From NCBI GenBank assembly GCA_964016885.1, contig OZ024740.1:55614001-55678000 (forward strand): DNA of 64,000 bases, in the 5' to 3' direction. The first letter of the stretch is position 1; every line of letters begins with the position of its first letter. Under the pieces are notes generated by a model. That model worked only from the letters and a program-made list of their open reading frames with translations. It did not search any database and was not told where the DNA came from. This stretch comes from Eledone cirrhosa (Eukaryota). This document shows positions 58,809 through 64,000 of the stretch, piece by piece. The position numbers and the translations under genes are program-made.

Positions 58809-59137
58809 CAGAGGTTCTCAAAGCGGGCGCTACCACCATCCCCGGGAGGGTGTTGACAATGTCCAAGGGGCGTGGGGACTAAGAGCGCGGTGGTGATGGG
58901 GATGCGATAGATAGTATGTTAAATATCAAATGATACATATATATATAAATATAGTAAAATAAAAATATATAATAGTTATCTACACGTAGTATATACTATA
59001 TTATTTATTATATATAGATTAGAGATTTTATTTATTATATATTATTTACAATTTGCTTTTAGGCTGGTGTCTCTGGATATGAGGGTGTTATGTGGCTATG
59101 AGTGGTGGGGGTGACCCCAAATGTGTGAGTACCAGTG
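58809..59137. mobile_element. hAT-type MITE
   Basis: Imperfect TIRs cagaggttctca and tgagtaccagtg; 8-bp TSD ctctaaaa / ctctataa. Confidence 0.75.
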
Positions 59138-59254
59138 CTCTATAACAGCTTATAGATACAAATCTTAATTGGGGGACATGTTAAGCATCATCATGTACAT
59201 TCTTTTATTGGTGCCTTTAGTGGAGAGGTCTATATTGAAAGTGCTCAGAAAATA

Positions 59255-59880
59255 ATGAGTTGTTATTACTTCCTCATATTATCCCCAGCACATTGGTGAT
59301 TCTGCAACACTCCACAGACGTTACACTTTTAGGATATGCTTTTACAATCCAGGAACAGGAATTAAATACTAGACACTTCGTGCACAAAACAGATACAGTT
59401 GTGGGTAAAATAACTGGATGTGACAAATGTTGCATAATAAATATTGATGATGTAGCCATCATCATGTTGTAGTGGCCCAAGCGCTGTATGCTCTAATCAA
59501 TAGAAAGGATAATCTGAGAACAAAAATACCAAACGTGACAGGAATGTGAAGGGCATACGCAAACATAATGTGAAAGACTACTACTTGAATGTTCCAGTCA
59601 TAACACAAAATATATATATTGACACATTACAAACCAAAAATAAAGATGAGGGACTGTTGGACAAATAAAAGACGTTTTTCACAGTAGTGGATATCATCTG
59701 GCCAACAGATGTTAATTTATCGTTAAAGATTAGCGAAACCGAGAATATTTATCCCGAATAAATCTGGAAACTTCAGAAACTGCCTTATGACTATGCCGGT
59801 ATATTTTTTACCTGTCTTGATTGAAGTACGTTGATATTTGTCTAACTATAATAGCAAAAATCTTGGGAGGCAGGGTTTCG
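59255..59880 (+). mobile_element. old decayed R4/Dong-type fragment
   Basis: GYAFTIQEQELNTR, VVAQALY and VVDIIWPTDVN remnants. Confidence 0.7.
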
Positions 59881-60026
59881 CAGTACCAGATTTCTCATTC
59901 TATTTTCTAAACAAGGACTAGCGTCCAAAACATTAAGACACTTTTCCTACTATATCAAGCGTAAAACTAGTAATACATTTATTCATTGTACTGTGTCTTT
60001 CATTTTTTTAATTTCTGTTTGCTTTT

Positions 60027-60097
<71 letters not shown>

Positions 60098-60414
60098 TTA
60101 AAGTATATGATAAACACGAAATGTGTTTACATTGCAACAGACAAAGTTACCTATTAATGAGATAAACTAATAAAAGTGAATACAATTTGTCTGTCTCGAT
60201 ACAAGTCAATAAAGACAAGATTATATTGGCAACGGCCATGATTCCTGGACATATTTAAATTTCAAAATTCAAACCTGTTCTGTAGACGAATTTGAACCTC
60301 GAAACCCAAACAAGTTTCGCAACTGTGGAATGTGAATTGAAAAATAAAGAGAATCGAAATGGAATAGAAATAAAAGAGCGAAATGTCCAAATCTTCTGTG
60401 CTTATCAACATATG

Positions 60415-60511
<97 letters not shown>

Positions 60512-60524
60512 ATATATATATACG

Positions 60525-60556
<32 letters not shown>

Positions 60557-60590
60557 TTACAGTAATCAAAGTTCAGTTTAAGTCATTTAT

Positions 60591-60639
60591 TTGCTTACAA
60601 TTGTTTCCTCCAAACCGAGGTTTGGATTCTTCGGAGCAA
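60591..60639 (-). ncRNA. hammerhead ribozyme, U4C variant
   Basis: UUGCU-CCGAAGA-A-UCCAAAC cucg GUUUGGA-G-GAAAC-AAUU-GUA-AGCAA. Confidence 0.7.
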
Positions 60640-61696
60640 CTATTTATAACATACTTGACCTCCTTTTCAACCCAAGAGACACATAAAACATATGCGCATA
60701 TTGATCAACAGTGGGGTGACATTCATCAAATGATATAGCATGGCAGTTTACATATAAAGGTTACAGGATAAAAATAAAATAAAATAAAAACAAGAGTGAA
60801 AATAAGAGTGAAAATAAAGATAAACATGAAGCGTTGGCAGTCCATGAAGATAAAGCAAGACGAAAGCTTAGAGTAGTCCTGTTGCGCGCGCAACCCACAT
60901 CTCTCCTCTTCCGACCATCGCTTCATGGAATACTCGCACGTAGAAATTGACCACCACAGAATCCACTAAACACCTTTGGATTTTAGCAACTTTTCAACCA
61001 TCCTCTTACGTAATCACCTATATAACTCACCCACACACACACCCCAAAACATTTTTTTCACCAATGGCCACCTACACCCACAACACGCTTAAACCCCACA
61101 CACACGTGCTTTCCACCACATATTTACACCCTCAGCCTCCTGATTCCCCTCCCCCCACGCCTCTATCCACACACGCACAGACACTCCGCCCCCCCCCCCC
61201 AATTCTTCCTGAAAATGCAACCCCGTTCTTCCCCCAACCCTTACTTTCACATACACACACACACACACGTACACCTACACACACACACCACCTTCAGCCC
61301 TCCCCGCTCGGACACCCCGTCTCCCTCTCCCCACTCCACCCGCCACCACCCCTACACACCCCACACCCTTCCACTACCTGTTTTACCCCCCTTTTAATTT
61401 CAGTTTATTTTGATCATGCTTTTATATTTAAATTTATTTCATTCCTTGTATTTTGATCATGCTTTATTTTTATTTTTATTTTTTTCATTCGCACCGTTTC
61501 CTTTCGCTATATGTTTCTCCACCACTCCCCTACACACCCTTTGAACTCTGTTCCCACACACTTCTCACCTGAGGAACGGCTTATGCCCGAAACATCGTCC
61601 CCCACCAACACCCCACTCTCCAGAGCGTGAAATTAATAAACATTCGTTGTACTGCCTCTCTGTTTTGTCCCTGCTCAAATTTTTCCATATATATAT

Positions 61697-61729
<33 letters not shown>

Positions 61730-61732
61730 TTA

Positions 61733-62335
61733 TGTCAGGTCACCAGTTGGTGCTACTGGTAACATGTATCCCAGTACAACCTGTCCCATGGTCGGGTCGT
61801 TGGCGACTAAACTGGCACCCCACCAAGGTTTCTTGGTGAGGAGGGTGACTTTGGACATCCTGCAGGACTGAAAACAAAACCTGTCAAAGGGAAAAGGAAC
61901 TCTAAGAGTCAATGGCTATCCAAAATCACTGGGAGAGATGACCCCTTAGCCTTTGTCAAGGCAGAATTCTAGAAGGAAAACTCTGATATAACACCTGCAA
62001 ACCTGATGGTATCCAATGATGTTGACTTGTTATTCTGTTTGGTAAATATCATCTTAGTTAAGAGAGTGGGACTGGCTTTGTGCAGTGCCTTTGCTCACTA
62101 TAAAAGCTTCACGGCACAGGCATTGCTTTATATCGGGATATCTCTCTGCACTGGTCATCACATGGTACCATAGGCCCAGCACTATCTGTCAATAATTGTC
62201 ACAAGTGTAGTGTTTGTACCAGAGTTTTCAAGTCGCTGGCTGGACTAAAAAATTCACTTGTTCAGCGCATCGGTAGGGGTTCTCCTACATGGATATAAAG
62301 TAGTGGCCGTACTCGAAACGAGTTGGCAGCCACCA
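61733..62335 (+). mobile_element. non-autonomous RTE-derived repeat, longer copy
   Basis: RTE 5'-UTR-like start and Zn-finger 3' end; between (TA)n tracts. Confidence 0.75.
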
Positions 62336-62349
62336 TATATATATATATA

Positions 62350-63016
62350 ATGACGAAAGGCATTCTCCATGTTGTTCCATTCGGAAACCATGTTTATTCC
62401 CTTTCAGAACTAATTAGTTGGAGTGAAATTTTAGTAAGTAATGTTAATTTTTATAATTTTCTTATTTTACGTCTTTCATATAATTGTTCTGCATCCCTTG
62501 CATTGAACCACAAAGTTACTAAGATAAAACCTATATATATGCTAGCATAGGTATGCATCTGTATATATATGTTGGTAGATATACTAATTCTTATTATGAT
62601 TATCTCCAAATTATTTTGTTGAGCAAAAATTTGCCAAAACTGCTACTACTAGTTCATAGTAATAGTTCGGCTACTGTCTTCTTAACACCCCACTCCACAC
62701 TGATTAACCTCGATGTCACGTGATTGATACTTTTGAATTTGCACCGACCACGTAAGCAGTGATTTTGTCAATGTCTTTCAATGTCTTTCAATGTCCTCCC
62801 TTGCTTTTTTACATCCACTGAATTATTTTTGTATAAGTTACCTGTGTCCACGTATCGCCTGGGAACTTAGCTGAGAATTGACTTCCTGATGACGAAAGGC
62901 ATTCTACATGTTGTTCCATTCGGAAACCATGTTTATTCCCTTTCAGAAACTAATTAGTTGGAGGTGAAATTTTAGTAAGTAAGTTAATTTTTATAATTTT
63001 CTATTTTACGTCTTTC

Positions 63017-63020
<4 letters not shown>
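62350..63020 (+). mobile_element. retrozyme-like partial tandem unit (period ~539 bp)
   Basis: Direct repeats at 62350-62482 and 62889-63020; non-coding; flanked by (TA)n. Confidence 0.85.
62881..62963 (+). ncRNA. hammerhead ribozyme spanning the repeat junction
   Basis: ACUUC-CUGAUGA-C-GAAAGG...CCUUUC-A-GAAAC-UAAUUA-GUU-GGAG. Confidence 0.75.

Positions 63021-64000
<980 letters not shown>

Overview
AT-rich, microsatellite-dense animal DNA. The mix of SINEs, LINEs and simple repeats suggests a cephalopod such as Octopus (inference). No host gene can be supported, and nearly all listed ORFs are translations of (TA)n, (CA)n, (GA)n or (CATA)n repeats. The real coding remnants belong to retroelements: six decayed Penelope-like element (PLE) loci (four Naiad-type, one Neptune-like, one 4.2-kb fold-back pair), three R4/Dong-type LINE fragments, and RTE and Tx1-like fragments. 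Two SINE families, a hAT MITE and a non-autonomous Helitron are also present. The main signal, not visible in the ORF track, is about 15-20 type I hammerhead ribozyme (HHR) motifs from many unrelated families. They lie at PLE 3' ends or in short non-coding units (0.1-0.75 kb) embedded in (TA)n tracts as palindromes or partial tandem repeats, resembling retrozymes or mini-PLEs. One decayed Naiad also has TGA exactly at a conserved Cys codon. All folds and alignments were done by eye, so boundaries are approximate.
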